A stretch of 64,000 nucleotides of DNA from Anaerolineae bacterium (GCA_049975205.1 JBNGDL010000003.1:66426-130425), one strand, 5' to 3'. Numbered from the stretch's first letter, positions 27,368 through 37,343 are shown. Numbers and translations are program-made. The notes: generated by a model not told the origin, from the letters alone.

Positions 27368-27940
27368 ATGACCGTCTTTCGCGATCTATCTCAGCACGTT
27401 CTGGATATCGCTGAGAACGGTGCCACCGCCGGTGCGACACTGTTGCACATTGACATTGAAGAGGATATGATCGCGGATCGGTTGGCTATTTCGGTCCGTG
27501 ACAACGGAAGAGGCATGGATCCTGAGATGCTTCTGCGCGTGGCGGACCCTTGGGTTACCACGCGAACGACACGCAGGGTTGGACTGGGTATCCCGTTCTT
27601 GAAGCAGACGGCTGAGATGTGTGGCGGTGGGTTCGAGATTGTGTCCGTCCCAAGGGAAGGGACCGCGGTTTCCGCGGTCTTTCAACTGAGTCACATTGAT
27701 CGGCCTCCCCTTGGGGATCTCATTGGAACGCTGCTCTGCATTATCGTGGGAAATCCTCAGCTCGATGTGGTCTACACGCATCGGGTGGGAGAGAATGAGT
27801 TCGCCTTTGATACCCTGACGATTCGTGAGATCCTGGGATCTAAAATACCATTATCGGATCCCGAGGTACTGGGGTATATCCGCGGCACGCTGACAGAAGG
27901 ACTGATCTCCATCGGTAGCGAGGCCGCGCCGGAAGCATAA
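27368..27940 (+). CDS. Histidine-kinase-like ATPase (GHKL HATPase_c) stand-alone protein
   Basis: 190 aa. N, G1 and G2 boxes (ISVRDNGRGMD, GLGIPF). Confidence 0.7.
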   Translation: MTVFRDLSQHVLDIAENGATAGATLLHIDIEEDMIADRLAISVRDNGRGMDPEMLLRVADPWVTTRTTRRVGLGIPFLKQTAEMCGGGFEIVSVPREGTAVSAVFQLSHIDRPPLGDLIGTLLCIIVGNPQLDVVYTHRVGENEFAFDTLTIREILGSKIPLSDPEVLGYIRGTLTEGLISIGSEAAPEA

Positions 27941-27990
27941 AGTTCTGAGTATTAGCTTGTTGATTCACGCAAGGCAGGAGGACATCCGAG

Positions 27991-28350
27991 ATGAAGAGCT
28001 TAGAAGAACTGCAGAAGATCAAGGAACGCGCATTGCAGCGCCGGAAGTTGTCCGGCGAGGGCGCCCGCGCGCGGATCGTGGTGGCCATGGGCACGTGCGG
28101 TATCGCCGCCGGTGCACGTGACACGATGACGGCGATCCTGAGCGAGTTGGAGTCGCGCGACATTTCTGACGTTATTGTGACACAGACTGGCTGCATCGGT
28201 CTCTGTGAGTACGAGCCGATTGTCCAGGTTCAGGTGGGTGACCAGGCTATGGTTACCTATGGCAACATCGACACTGAACGGGTTCCGACCCTGATCGAGG
28301 AGCACGTGGTCGGCGGGGAGCCTGTTGAGAAGTGGCAGGTCAAGAGGTAG
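27991..28350 (+). CDS. Thioredoxin-like [2Fe-2S] ferredoxin
   Basis: 119 aa. Cys ligands in GTCGIAAG...[11 protein letters not shown]. Confidence 0.7.
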   Translation: MKSLEELQKIKERALQRRKLSGEGARARIVVAMGTCGIAAGARDTMTAILSELESRDISDVIVTQTGCIGLCEYEPIVQVQVGDQAMVTYGNIDTERVPTLIEEHVVGGEPVEKWQVKR

Positions 28351-28423
28351 CAGCAGTCGTGCTGCAAACGCTCGCATCGCGGGCTCTGTTGACGAAAGCT
28401 GCTGCGATATATCGGGAGGTAGT

Positions 28424-30184
28424 ATGGCTTATCGTGCGCATGTGATAATCAGTGGGAAGCCGGACCAAGCGCAAGAAGTCAAAGCCGCCTTTGTGGACGA
28501 ACTCGCTACTCTTGGTCTGTCCGAAGAGGTCGATGTCCAGGAGGCTGCGGAGATGACCGTCGTCCCACGAGGTGTTGAGGCGGTTGTCTATCCGGACGTC
28601 ATCCACTACGCTGAGTTGACCCCAGAGGACGCGCGCTTGATCGCTGAGGAGCATCTCTATAAGGGGCGTCCGGTGGAGAAGCTCATGTTCGAGGAGCGCG
28701 TTGTTGAGCCCCTCGAGGAACCCTCCGCGAAGGAGGTCCGCGTCGTCCTGCGGAACGTCGGCAAGATCAATCCTGAGAGCATTGAGGACTATATCGCCGA
28801 GGACGGCTACGCTGCGCTGGGTCAGGTCCTGACGGAGATGACGCCGGATGACGTGATCAACGAGCTGAAGACGTCGGGGTTGCGAGGGCGTGGGGGCGCG
28901 GGTTTCCCCACTTGGCTCAAGTGGACCTTCGCCCGCGGCGCTTCTGCCGACCAGAAATTCGTCGTCTGCAATGGCGACGAGGGCGACCCTGGGGCGTTTA
29001 TGAACCGGCGCGTGCTGGAGGGAGACCCCCACTCGGTGCTCGAGGGCATGGCGATTGCCGCCTATGTCATCGGTGCTAACCAGGGCTATCTGTACGTCCG
29101 CGCCGAGTACCCCGTCGCAATCCGGACGCTTCGGACCGCGATCGAGCAGGCGAGGGACTATGGCTTGCTAGGTAAGGACATCTTCGGCACGGGCTTTGAT
29201 TTCGATTGTGAGGTTCGGATGGGAGCCGGTGCCTTCGTCTGTGGTGAGGAAACGGCACTGATGCAGTCGATCGAGGGCAAGCGGGGGCAACCCCGGACCC
29301 GCCCGCCCTTCCCCGCGACATCTGGTCTCTGGGGCAAGCCGACCAACATCAACAACGTGGAGACCTACGCGAACGTTCCGCAGATCCTGCTCAAGGGCGG
29401 CGAGTGGTTTGCATCGATGGGGACCGAGAAGAGCAAGGGAACGAAGACCTTCGCTATTGCCGGCAAGGTCAAGCGCACCGGCTTGATCGAGGTGCCCCTG
29501 GGCATCACGGTTCGCGAGATCGTCTATGACGTCGGCGGCGGCATCTTGAACGACAAAGCGTTCAAGGCCGTCCAGACCGGAGGCCCCCTCGGAGGCTGCA
29601 TTCCTGAAAAGTACTTAGATCTGCCCGTTGACTATGAGTCGCTGGTATCGGTAGGGTCAGCGATGGGCTCCGGCGGGTTCATCGTTATGGACGAGGACAC
29701 CTGCATGGTGGACATGGCTCGGTTCTTCATGGAGTTTGCTCAGGAAGAGTCCTGTGGCAAGTGTGTGCCCTGCCGTGTGGGTACTCGCAAGATGTTGGAA
29801 GTCCTTGAGAACATCTGCGCCGGCAAGGGTAAGCCGGGCGATATCGAGACCCTTGAGACCCTGGGACGATCTGTTAAGCAGGGCTCGCTCTGTGGGCTCG
29901 GCCAGGGCGCTCCAAACCCGGTCCTGAGCATGATCGAGAACTTCCGCGACGAATATGAGGAGCACATCTACGACCACAAGTGTCGGGCTAGGGTGTGTCG
30001 CGCGCTGATCGAGTACACGATCGATCCGGAGACATGTATCGGTTGCACACGCTGCGCGCGTAACTGCCCGGTGGATGCCATTAGCGGGGCGCCGCGCCAG
30101 ACACACGTAATCGACCCAGAGATCTGCATCCGTTGCGGCATCTGCGCCCAAGTCTGCCCGGTAAACGCCGTCAGTGTCGAGTAA
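28424..30184 (+). CDS. NuoF-like NAD(P)H-binding flavoprotein with C-terminal 2x[4Fe-4S] ferredoxin domain, module A (HydB-type)
   Basis: 586 aa from ATG 28424 with an RBS GGGAGG. NAD/FMN motifs GRGGAGFPT and GDEGDPGAF, 4Fe-4S motif [10 protein letters not shown], and two CxxCxxCxxxCP motifs at the C-terminus. Confidence 0.85.
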   Translation: MAYRAHVIISGKPDQAQEVKAAFVDELATLGLSEEVDVQEAAEMTVVPRGVEAVVYPDVIHYAELTPEDARLIAEEHLYKGRPVEKLMFEERVVEPLEEPSAKEVRVVLRNVGKINPESIEDYIAEDGYAALGQVLTEMTPDDVINELKTSGLRGRGGAGFPTWLKWTFARGASADQKFVVCNGDEGDPGAFMNRRVLEGDPHSVLEGMAIAAYVIGANQGYLYVRAEYPVAIRTLRTAIEQARDYGLLGKDIFGTGFDFDCEVRMGAGAFVCGEETALMQSIEGKRGQPRTRPPFPATSGLWGKPTNINNVETYANVPQILLKGGEWFASMGTEKSKGTKTFAIAGKVKRTGLIEVPLGITVREIVYDVGGGILNDKAFKAVQTGGPLGGCIPEKYLDLPVDYESLVSVGSAMGSGGFIVMDEDTCMVDMARFFMEFAQEESCGKCVPCRVGTRKMLEVLENICAGKGKPGDIETLETLGRSVKQGSLCGLGQGAPNPVLSMIENFRDEYEEHIYDHKCRARVCRALIEYTIDPETCIGCTRCARNCPVDAISGAPRQTHVIDPEICIRCGICAQVCPVNAVSVE

Positions 30185-30304
30185 GCCAGCCTTGGTGTGG
30201 GTTGGGGGGAGCGCCAACGTTGAAGGGGGGTCGATTAAGAGGCGGTAGCCTGCGGAAACTCGAATCGCATCGATCAACTGTCATCGTGAGAGAAAGGGAT
30301 AGAT

Positions 30305-30814
30305 ATGGAAGAGGTCTTAGCTGTCACAGACAAAGTCGTTGATAAATATGGAGCCGACCAGGAAGCCCTGGTCGAAATCCTGCGTGAGGTCAACGAGGAG
30401 AGCGGGTACCTGTCACGCGAGCACCTGCGGAGGATCGCGGAGCGCGTAAAGCTGCCGCTTAGCAAGGTCTACAGTGTTGCCAGCTTCTACAGTCTGATCA
30501 GCCTCAAGCGGCTTGGGCGGCACGTGGTTCGCTTCTGCGAGGACGCGCCGTGCCACGTCGCCGGCGGACAGGAAGTCTGGGAAGCGCTGGAGCACGAACT
30601 GGGCATCCCCTTTGGAGAGACGACTCTCGACGGGGAGTGGACGCTGCTGACCACGAGCTGCATCGGCGCGTGTGCTGTTGGCCCTGTGATGATGATCGAC
30701 GATGACATTTATGGCAATCTGACGCCCGAAAAGGTCCGGGAGATCATCGCTCGTTACCGAAAGGCCGAAGAGCAGGAGCCGACATCCGTAGTTGCACAAG
30801 GAGGCCAGGTATGA
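30305..30814 (+). CDS. hoxE: NuoE-like [2Fe-2S] diaphorase subunit, module B
   Basis: 169 aa. Cys motif FCEDAPCHVAGG...CIGACAVGP. Confidence 0.8.
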   Translation: MEEVLAVTDKVVDKYGADQEALVEILREVNEESGYLSREHLRRIAERVKLPLSKVYSVASFYSLISLKRLGRHVVRFCEDAPCHVAGGQEVWEALEHELGIPFGETTLDGEWTLLTTSCIGACAVGPVMMIDDDIYGNLTPEKVREIIARYRKAEEQEPTSVVAQGGQV

Positions 30815-32394
30815 TTCGATCAAGCGTCTTGATATCAGGTGACCCTATCAGTCTATCCCGGGGCGCCGAGGAGACCAAACTTGCGATCGAGGCCGAGCTC
30901 TCATTCTATGGGCTTGAGGACGAGGTGCAGGTGGGGTATACCGGGCGGGTGAACCGTACCGATGTCCTACCCGTTGTGGTCGTCTATCCGGAGGGCACGG
31001 TCTATGGGCCGGTCTCCCCGAAGGATGCCGCCGAGATTGTCGAGGAGCACCTCTATAAGGGCCGCGTCGTCGGGCACCTGACCGTCTCAGCCGAAGTTGC
31101 GGCAGCCGAGATTGATACGCTTGGTCCTGAGGGCGATACGCTCGCTGACCAAAAACGGATCGTGCTCAAACGCGCCGGCACCATCGACCCCTATAGCGTC
31201 GATGAGTACATCGCATATGATGGATACTTCGCGCTGGGTCGCGCGCTCAGTGAGATGACGCCGGATGAGGTTCTGCAGACGGTGAAGGACTCGAAGTTGC
31301 AGGGTCGGGGGGGCGCCGGCTTTCCCACCGGGCTCAAGTGGACCTTCGTCGCACAGCAGCCGGAGACGACCCGCTATATTGTCTGCAATGCCGATGAATC
31401 GGAGCCGGGTACCTTCAAGGACCGGCTGATTGTGGAGGGCGATCCCCACGCCGTGCTGGAAGGGATGGCTCTAGCTGGGTATGCTGTTGGGGCCCACGAG
31501 GGTTGGATCTACATCCGTGGTGAGTATGCGATGGCGCGCGACATTCTCAATCACGCCATCGAGCAGGCAGAGGAGCTGAACCTGCTTGGGGACAACATCC
31601 TGGGCAGCGACTTTTCCTTCCACATTCATGTTCACGCCGGCGCGGGTGCCTATATCTGCGGTGAGGAGACGGCGCTGCTGAACAGCTTGGAGGGGGATCG
31701 TGGCATGCCGCGCATCCGACCGCCCTATCCGACGGTCAAGGGCTTTCGTAATAAGCCCACGGTGGTCAACAACGTGGAGACACTGGCCAATGTGCCCCCA
31801 ATCGTTTTGAATGGCGCCGATTGGTTCCGCGCGATCGGCACAGAGCGTAGCCCCGGTACGAAGGTCTACACGATGCTAGGTGATGTCAGTGTGACGGGTC
31901 TCGTCGAGGCACCGATGGGCACCACCCTGCGGGAGATCATCGATATCTATGGGGGCGGGATGAGGGATGGCAAGGCATTCAAGGCAGCACAGACCGGTGG
32001 GTCCTCCGGCACGATTATCCCTGCAGAGTTGCTGGATGTGCCGATGGACTTCGCCTCGATGCGCGAGAAGGGTGCCGGGCTGGGCAGTGGTGCGCTCCTT
32101 ATCTGTGACGAGGACACTGACATCGTTGACCTGGCCTATGTCCTCATCCGCTTCTTCAAGTCGGAGTCTTGTGGGAAGTGCACCCCCTGTCGCGTCGGCA
32201 CCACCCAGATGCTGGAATCGCTGGAACGCCTGCGCAAGGGTATGGCCCGACGGACGGATTTGGAACGCCTGGAAGAGATCGCGCACTACGTTGAGCAATC
32301 GTCTTTCTGTGGCCTGGGGCAGGCCGCACCGGTGCCTATACTGACCGGTCTGCGGTATTTCCGTGATGAATTTGAGTCCCGGTTGCGGGACTGA
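30811..32394 (+). CDS. hoxF: NuoF-like NAD(P)H-binding flavoprotein diaphorase subunit, module B
   Basis: 527 aa. [24 protein letters not shown] and ESCGKCTPCR motifs. No C-terminal ferredoxin domain. ATGA overlap with hoxE. Confidence 0.85.
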   Translation: MIRSSVLISGDPISLSRGAEETKLAIEAELSFYGLEDEVQVGYTGRVNRTDVLPVVVVYPEGTVYGPVSPKDAAEIVEEHLYKGRVVGHLTVSAEVAAAEIDTLGPEGDTLADQKRIVLKRAGTIDPYSVDEYIAYDGYFALGRALSEMTPDEVLQTVKDSKLQGRGGAGFPTGLKWTFVAQQPETTRYIVCNADESEPGTFKDRLIVEGDPHAVLEGMALAGYAVGAHEGWIYIRGEYAMARDILNHAIEQAEELNLLGDNILGSDFSFHIHVHAGAGAYICGEETALLNSLEGDRGMPRIRPPYPTVKGFRNKPTVVNNVETLANVPPIVLNGADWFRAIGTERSPGTKVYTMLGDVSVTGLVEAPMGTTLREIIDIYGGGMRDGKAFKAAQTGGSSGTIIPAELLDVPMDFASMREKGAGLGSGALLICDEDTDIVDLAYVLIRFFKSESCGKCTPCRVGTTQMLESLERLRKGMARRTDLERLEEIAHYVEQSSFCGLGQAAPVPILTGLRYFRDEFESRLRD

Positions 32395-32419
32395 GCTTGT
32401 TCAAGGAGGCAAGGCACGT

Positions 32420-34120
32420 ATGAGCGAGGTGCAACTTACGATCAATGGACAGAAGGTAACAGCCCAGAGCGGTCAGACGGTTCTGGAGGCCGCTACGGCT
32501 GCTGGTGTCGACATCCCAACGCTCTGCTATCATCCCGATCTGACAGCGTGGGGCGCCTGTCGCATGTGCTTGGTAGAAGTCAAGGGCATGCGAGGGTTGC
32601 AGACGGCGTGCACGTGTCCGGTGGCAGACGGCATGGAGATTGAGACCGAGACCGAGTCCGCGGTTGAGGTGCGGAAGTTCGTGCTGGAGCTGCTTTTCTC
32701 AGAGCGGAACCACTACTGCATGTTCTGCCAGATGAGCGGCGACTGCGAGCTTCAGGATGCGGCCTATCGGTACGGTCTGGACCACTTCACCTACCCGCGC
32801 CCTTATCAGAAGCTGGAGGTGGATGCGTCCCGGAAGTACTTCATCATGGATCATAACCGCTGCATTCTCTGCACGCGATGCGTGCGAGCCTGCTCGGAGG
32901 TGGTGGCGAACCATACTCTCGATGTCCGAGAGCGCGGCTTCGACTCCATGATCACGGCAGATCTCAATGTCCCCTTCGGGGACTCGACGTGCGTTGAGTG
33001 TGGCAGCTGTCTTCAGGTCTGCCCCACCGGTGCCTTGATCGACGCCCGCAGCGCCTACGGCGGTCGTGAGAAAGACGTCATTCATACGGAGACGACTTGC
33101 ATGCAATGCAGCGTCGGCTGCACGTTGGACGTCGTCACGCGCTATAATCGTCTCCTCAGGGTGGACGGCATCTTCGGCTCCGAGCCCAACGATGGTCTGC
33201 TCTGCGTGGATGGGCGCTTCAAGCCGCTATACGACGAGCGCAAGCGGATCACGCAACCGATGATTCGACGCGATGGCAAGCTGGTGGAGACAGGGTGGAC
33301 CGAGGCGTTGGACATCGTCGCCAGCAAGCTCAAGGAGGGCGACGTTCAAGGATTGGCCACCTGCGCCACCACTAACGAGGCGTTGGACGCTTTCCAGAAG
33401 CTTTTTGGGAAGGTGGGGGGTGAGGCCGGCCTCCTAGAGCCCTTCGCTCCTGAGATCGGATACGGCACTGCTGCAAAGCTCGCGGACATCCTCGATGCCG
33501 ATTTCATTGTTGTGGCCGGCGCTCAGCCGTTGGATTATCAGCGCGTGGTTGGTTACTATGTCTATCGGGCCGGGGACCACGGTGCGAAGGTCGCCGTGAT
33601 TGCCGACTCCGAGACCAAGATGAGTGACCGCGCCGATATGACCGTGCCTTACGCGGAGGCCGATAAGGTCGTGAAGGCCGCCGCCGATGCCGAGAAGATC
33701 GTGTTGATCTACAGCGTTGGGGTCAAGGCCAAGGTGCTGGCTGCCTTCCGGCAGTTGGGCGACAAGCTCTATCACCTAGCATTGAGCCCTGGTCGGAACG
33801 AGAGGGGTGCGAAAGCGGTGGGTCTGAAGCCGGTGGCGCCCAACGGTGCTGCGACTCAGTATGTCCTGATGGGCGAGCAGTCTGAGGACCCCGCTCTGTT
33901 GGAGAAACTGAAAGGCGCGTTCACGATCGTCCAGGCGAGCTGCCGCTCGCCGCTGGTGGAGCAGGCCGATGTGGTCTTGCCTGCACCGGTATGGTACGAG
34001 CGCGTAGGGCACGTGACCAACTTGGAGGGCACGGTCAAGCCGGTGGCTGAGGTGCTGCCAAAGCCCGAAGGCGTGCGTGATGACGCGGACGTGCTCATAG
34101 AGCTGGCTGGCATGTTATAA
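32420..34120 (+). CDS. hoxU: NuoG-like iron-sulfur subunit (HoxU/HydA-type) with a truncated molybdopterin-oxidoreductase-like C-terminal domain
   Basis: N-terminal 2Fe-2S (CYHPDL...CRMC), H-x3-C-x2-C-x5-C, two 4Fe-4S ferredoxin motifs, and TTCMQCSVGC. About 567 aa from ATG 32420 with an RBS AAGGAGG, much longer than typical HoxU. Confidence 0.8.
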   Translation: MSEVQLTINGQKVTAQSGQTVLEAATAAGVDIPTLCYHPDLTAWGACRMCLVEVKGMRGLQTACTCPVADGMEIETETESAVEVRKFVLELLFSERNHYCMFCQMSGDCELQDAAYRYGLDHFTYPRPYQKLEVDASRKYFIMDHNRCILCTRCVRACSEVVANHTLDVRERGFDSMITADLNVPFGDSTCVECGSCLQVCPTGALIDARSAYGGREKDVIHTETTCMQCSVGCTLDVVTRYNRLLRVDGIFGSEPNDGLLCVDGRFKPLYDERKRITQPMIRRDGKLVETGWTEALDIVASKLKEGDVQGLATCATTNEALDAFQKLFGKVGGEAGLLEPFAPEIGYGTAAKLADILDADFIVVAGAQPLDYQRVVGYYVYRAGDHGAKVAVIADSETKMSDRADMTVPYAEADKVVKAAADAEKIVLIYSVGVKAKVLAAFRQLGDKLYHLALSPGRNERGAKAVGLKPVAPNGAATQYVLMGEQSEDPALLEKLKGAFTIVQASCRSPLVEQADVVLPAPVWYERVGHVTNLEGTVKPVAEVLPKPEGVRDDADVLIELAGML

Positions 34121-34157
34121 TATGGTGGATTAGCGCCAGAAAGGCAGGAGTTACGTA

Positions 34158-34715
34158 ATGGGAGACAAGATTAAGGTTGCTTCACAGTGGCTGGAATCCT
34201 GCGCTGGTTGCCATATGTCCTTCTTGGACATCGATGAGAGGATTGTAGAGTTGCTCAAGCATGTTGAGCTCAGCTCAACTCCGATCACGGACTTGAAGCA
34301 TCCACCAGAGGAAGGTGTGGATGTGGGCATCCTGACGGGTGGCATCGGCAATGAGGATGAGAAGCACGAGGCCATGCTGATGCGCGAGCGCTGCAAGATT
34401 CTGATCGCGTTGGGCGACTGCGCAGTGACCGGCGGCATATGCACGATGCGGAACTTCTTCAGCAAGGAAGAGGTACTGCGGCGTGGCTACATCGAGACAG
34501 AGAGCACCGTCGACGGCGAGATCCCTCAGCACGAAGATCTGACGCCCCTTACCGAGCAGGTGACGGGCGTGGATGACGTCGTCGATGTCGATATCTACGT
34601 TCCTGGCTGCCCGCCATCCGCGGACGCGATCTGGTATGTGTTAACGGAACTGTTGGAAGGCCGGATCCCCAAGCTGGAAGGTAATATGTTGAAGTACGGA
34701 AGCGATGGAGGGTAG
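34158..34715 (+). CDS. hoxY: [NiFe] hydrogenase small subunit, group 3 (short HoxY-type)
   Basis: 185 aa. WLESCAGCHMSFLD and C-terminal GCPP. No Tat signal, so it is cytoplasmic. Confidence 0.85.
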   Translation: MGDKIKVASQWLESCAGCHMSFLDIDERIVELLKHVELSSTPITDLKHPPEEGVDVGILTGGIGNEDEKHEAMLMRERCKILIALGDCAVTGGICTMRNFFSKEEVLRRGYIETESTVDGEIPQHEDLTPLTEQVTGVDDVVDVDIYVPGCPPSADAIWYVLTELLEGRIPKLEGNMLKYGSDGG

Positions 34716-34719
34716 GACG

Positions 34720-36144
34720 ATGGCAGAGAAGATTACGATCTCCCCGGTGACGCGCATCGAGGGACACGCAAAGATCACGATTTACTTGAACGATGAGGGC
34801 AAGGTCGAGAACTCCTTCTTCCACGTTGAGCAGTTTCGTGGGTTTGAGAAGTTCAGTGAGGGACGGATGTTCTATGAGATGCCCGAGATCACGCCCCGCA
34901 CCTGCGGCATCTGCCCCGTCAGCCACCACCTGGCCTCGGCTAAGGCCTGCGATGTCATTGCGAGTACCGAGCCGACGCCGACGGCCCATAAGCTGCGCGA
35001 CTTGATGCACATGGGGCAGGTGATCCAGTCACACGGTATGCACTTCTTCGAGCTCGCTGGGCCTGACCTGGTTCTCGGCTGGGATGCGGACCCCAAGATC
35101 CGACATGTTGGTGGCATCATCGAGGCCAACCCCGCTCTCGCCATCAAGGCGGTCAAGCTGCGCGCCTTCGGCCAGGAGATTATCAAGAAGCTGGGTGAGC
35201 GTCGCGTGCACCCGATCTTTGGTATTCCCGGCGGCGTGACCCGTCCCCTGCTACCTGAGGATCGCGAGTGGATTCTGAATCAGATCGACGACCAAATCGC
35301 GACAGCTCAGGTTGGCGTGGATTTCTTTAAGACCTGGGCGGGCGGGCATATGGATATGGTGAATGAGTTTGCCGTCTTCCCCTCGGCCTACATGGGCCTG
35401 GTCCAGGAGGACGGCGCGCTGGAGCTTTACGACGGCACCCTCCGTATGGTCGACAAAGAGGGAGAGCTGCTGGAGGAGTTTGACCCAGTGGATTACCTCG
35501 ACTACATCGGGGAACACGTCAACAACTACACGTATCTCAAGGCGCCCTTCTACAAGAAGAGGGGATACCCTGAGGGTGTCTACCGCGTCGGGCCCCTCGG
35601 GCGTCTGAACGCCGCCAGTCACATCAGCACGCCGATCGCTCAGGGCGAGATGAAGATCTGGAAAGATATGAACGGCGGTAAGCCGGTGGAAGGGACGCTC
35701 TACTTCCACTACGCGCGCCTGATCGAGACCATCTATGCCTTGGAGCGGGTGAAGGAGTTGATGGACGACCCAGAGATCTTGGGGAAGGACGTTGTCAACC
35801 CTCAGGGTCCGATCAGCGGAGAGGGCGTGGGGGTTCTGGAAGCGCCTCGCGGCACGCTCTTCCACCACTACTGGACGAACAGCCATGGTGTGATGACCAA
35901 GGCAAACATGATCGTTGCAACCGCCGGCAATGCGTGGGCGATGAATCACGCGGTCAATCTGGTTGCCAAGCGGTACGTGGACGGCAATAACCTGCAAGAG
36001 GGCATGCTCAATCGCGTCGAGGGTGCGATCCGCGCCTACGATCCCTGCCTCTCCTGTTCCACCCATGCGATGGGCCAGATGCCCATCCATATCGAACTGG
36101 TCGGCCCTGACGGCGACGTGCTGGACACGCTGCACCGCGACTAA
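34720..36144 (+). CDS. hoxH: [NiFe] hydrogenase large subunit, group 3
   Basis: N-terminal RTCGICPVSH (L1 CxxC) and C-terminal DPCLSCSTH (L2 CxxCxxH); the peptidase cleavage site follows His. ATG 34720 with an RBS, 5 nt after the hoxY stop. Confidence 0.9.
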   Translation: MAEKITISPVTRIEGHAKITIYLNDEGKVENSFFHVEQFRGFEKFSEGRMFYEMPEITPRTCGICPVSHHLASAKACDVIASTEPTPTAHKLRDLMHMGQVIQSHGMHFFELAGPDLVLGWDADPKIRHVGGIIEANPALAIKAVKLRAFGQEIIKKLGERRVHPIFGIPGGVTRPLLPEDREWILNQIDDQIATAQVGVDFFKTWAGGHMDMVNEFAVFPSAYMGLVQEDGALELYDGTLRMVDKEGELLEEFDPVDYLDYIGEHVNNYTYLKAPFYKKRGYPEGVYRVGPLGRLNAASHISTPIAQGEMKIWKDMNGGKPVEGTLYFHYARLIETIYALERVKELMDDPEILGKDVVNPQGPISGEGVGVLEAPRGTLFHHYWTNSHGVMTKANMIVATAGNAWAMNHAVNLVAKRYVDGNNLQEGMLNRVEGAIRAYDPCLSCSTHAMGQMPIHIELVGPDGDVLDTLHRD

Positions 36145-36278
36145 TGGAGCATCGCCGAAACTCCCGACAGGCTTGATCTTGGCGGGATGATCGGAAATGG
36201 AGCCTCCGGGGTTGGCGAAGCGGACCGCTTTGCCAGCCTTCGGAGGCTTCTTGCTGGGCCTTGAAGCAGCGCCAGAAT

Positions 36279-36315
36279 GAGTTAAAATTAACAAGAACTC
36301 TGTTTTAGAAACAAG
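36279..36315 (+). promoter_or_regulatory. AT-rich island between structural and maturation genes, a possible internal promoter region
   Basis: gagttaaaattaacaagaactctgttttagaaacaag is strongly AT-rich relative to the roughly 65% GC background. A 7-bp-stem hairpin GGTCTCA...TGAGACC follows at about 36318-36352. Support comes from composition only. Confidence 0.25.
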
Positions 36316-36400
36316 CGGGTCTCAAGTTGCGCTGATAGAGGCTGAGACCTACGAAGCGGTACTCGACGATCGCAGTGAGAGGACTAATAGAGGCGTTATC

Positions 36401-36973
36401 TTGACAAAACTAGGATCAGAAACACCGTCCGGGCGAGTTCTTGTTGCTGGATTTGGGAATCTCTACCGTCGCGATGACGGCGTCGCGCGCGTGGTGGTGA
36501 ATGCGCTGCGCGAGCGATTGGGGCGTCCTTCCCTGGATCCAATGGACGATGGGTTCGGGGATGTGGGCCACGCAGTGGATACCGTTGTCCTACATCAATT
36601 GGTCCCCGAGCTGGCTGAGGATTTCCGGCACTATGAGGGCGTCATCTTTGTGGATGCGCACGTGGGCGGGGCTGTCGAAGAGCCGATTCACGAGGAAGCG
36701 ATAACGGTGACCTACAAGACCCCGTTTGTCTCGCACAATATCCACCCCTCGACGGTGTTGGCGTTGACGCAACAGATGTATGGGCGAGCCCCGGAGGCAA
36801 GGCTCATCTCCATCCTGGGTCACGATTTCGATTTTGGTGAGGGGCTCTCTGAGGAGACGGCTGCGCTCGTTGGCCCGGCAGTGGATCGTATCCTGGCGCT
36901 TGTGAAGACGTATAGAGAAGACCCCATCGCGTCGGAGGCTTCGGCGTCTGGGGAGGCGGTGGACCATGCATGA
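36401..36973 (+). CDS. hoxW: Hydrogenase maturation endopeptidase (HoxW/HycI family)
   Basis: VLVAGFGNLYRRDDGVARVVVNALRE...VIFVDAHVGG is the family signature. The TTG start at 36401 is uncertain. Confidence 0.75.
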   Translation: MTKLGSETPSGRVLVAGFGNLYRRDDGVARVVVNALRERLGRPSLDPMDDGFGDVGHAVDTVVLHQLVPELAEDFRHYEGVIFVDAHVGGAVEEPIHEEAITVTYKTPFVSHNIHPSTVLALTQQMYGRAPEARLISILGHDFDFGEGLSEETAALVGPAVDRILALVKTYREDPIASEASASGEAVDHA

Positions 36974-37322
36974 GATGGCAGTGACAGAGGATATTCTACG
37001 TATCGTGCGGGAGCATGCCGAGCGAGGCGGGGCCTCCAGGGTCACGGACATCTATCTCGTGATTGGAGAGCTCAGCAGCTTCGTCGACGACTCCATCCAG
37101 TTCTACTTTGACGTCCTTTCGCCCGGGACGATCGCCGAGGGTGCGGAGCTTCACTTTGAGCGGATCAAGACACGGTTTCGCTGTCGCAACTGCGGACACG
37201 AGTTCGAACCGGAAGAGCGGGATTGGCTCTGCCCAAAATGTCATGCTCTGGGTGGCGATGTGATCGCGGGTAAAGAGTTCTACGTAGAAAGCATCCAGGT
37301 CGCAACGACCGAGAGAACCTGA
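36966..37322 (+). CDS. hypA: Hydrogenase nickel-insertion protein HypA
   Basis: MHEMAVTEDILRIV... with CRNCGHEF...CPKCH zinc motifs. Confidence 0.85.
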   Translation: MHEMAVTEDILRIVREHAERGGASRVTDIYLVIGELSSFVDDSIQFYFDVLSPGTIAEGAELHFERIKTRFRCRNCGHEFEPEERDWLCPKCHALGGDVIAGKEFYVESIQVATTERT

Positions 37323-37343
37323 ATTCATCCTAGGGGGTATAGT

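Noticed and set aside
35251-36294. A 347-aa - strand ORF overlapping hoxH
   Set aside because: Antisense to the [NiFe] large subunit, which has both CxxC nickel-binding motifs. No recognisable domain.
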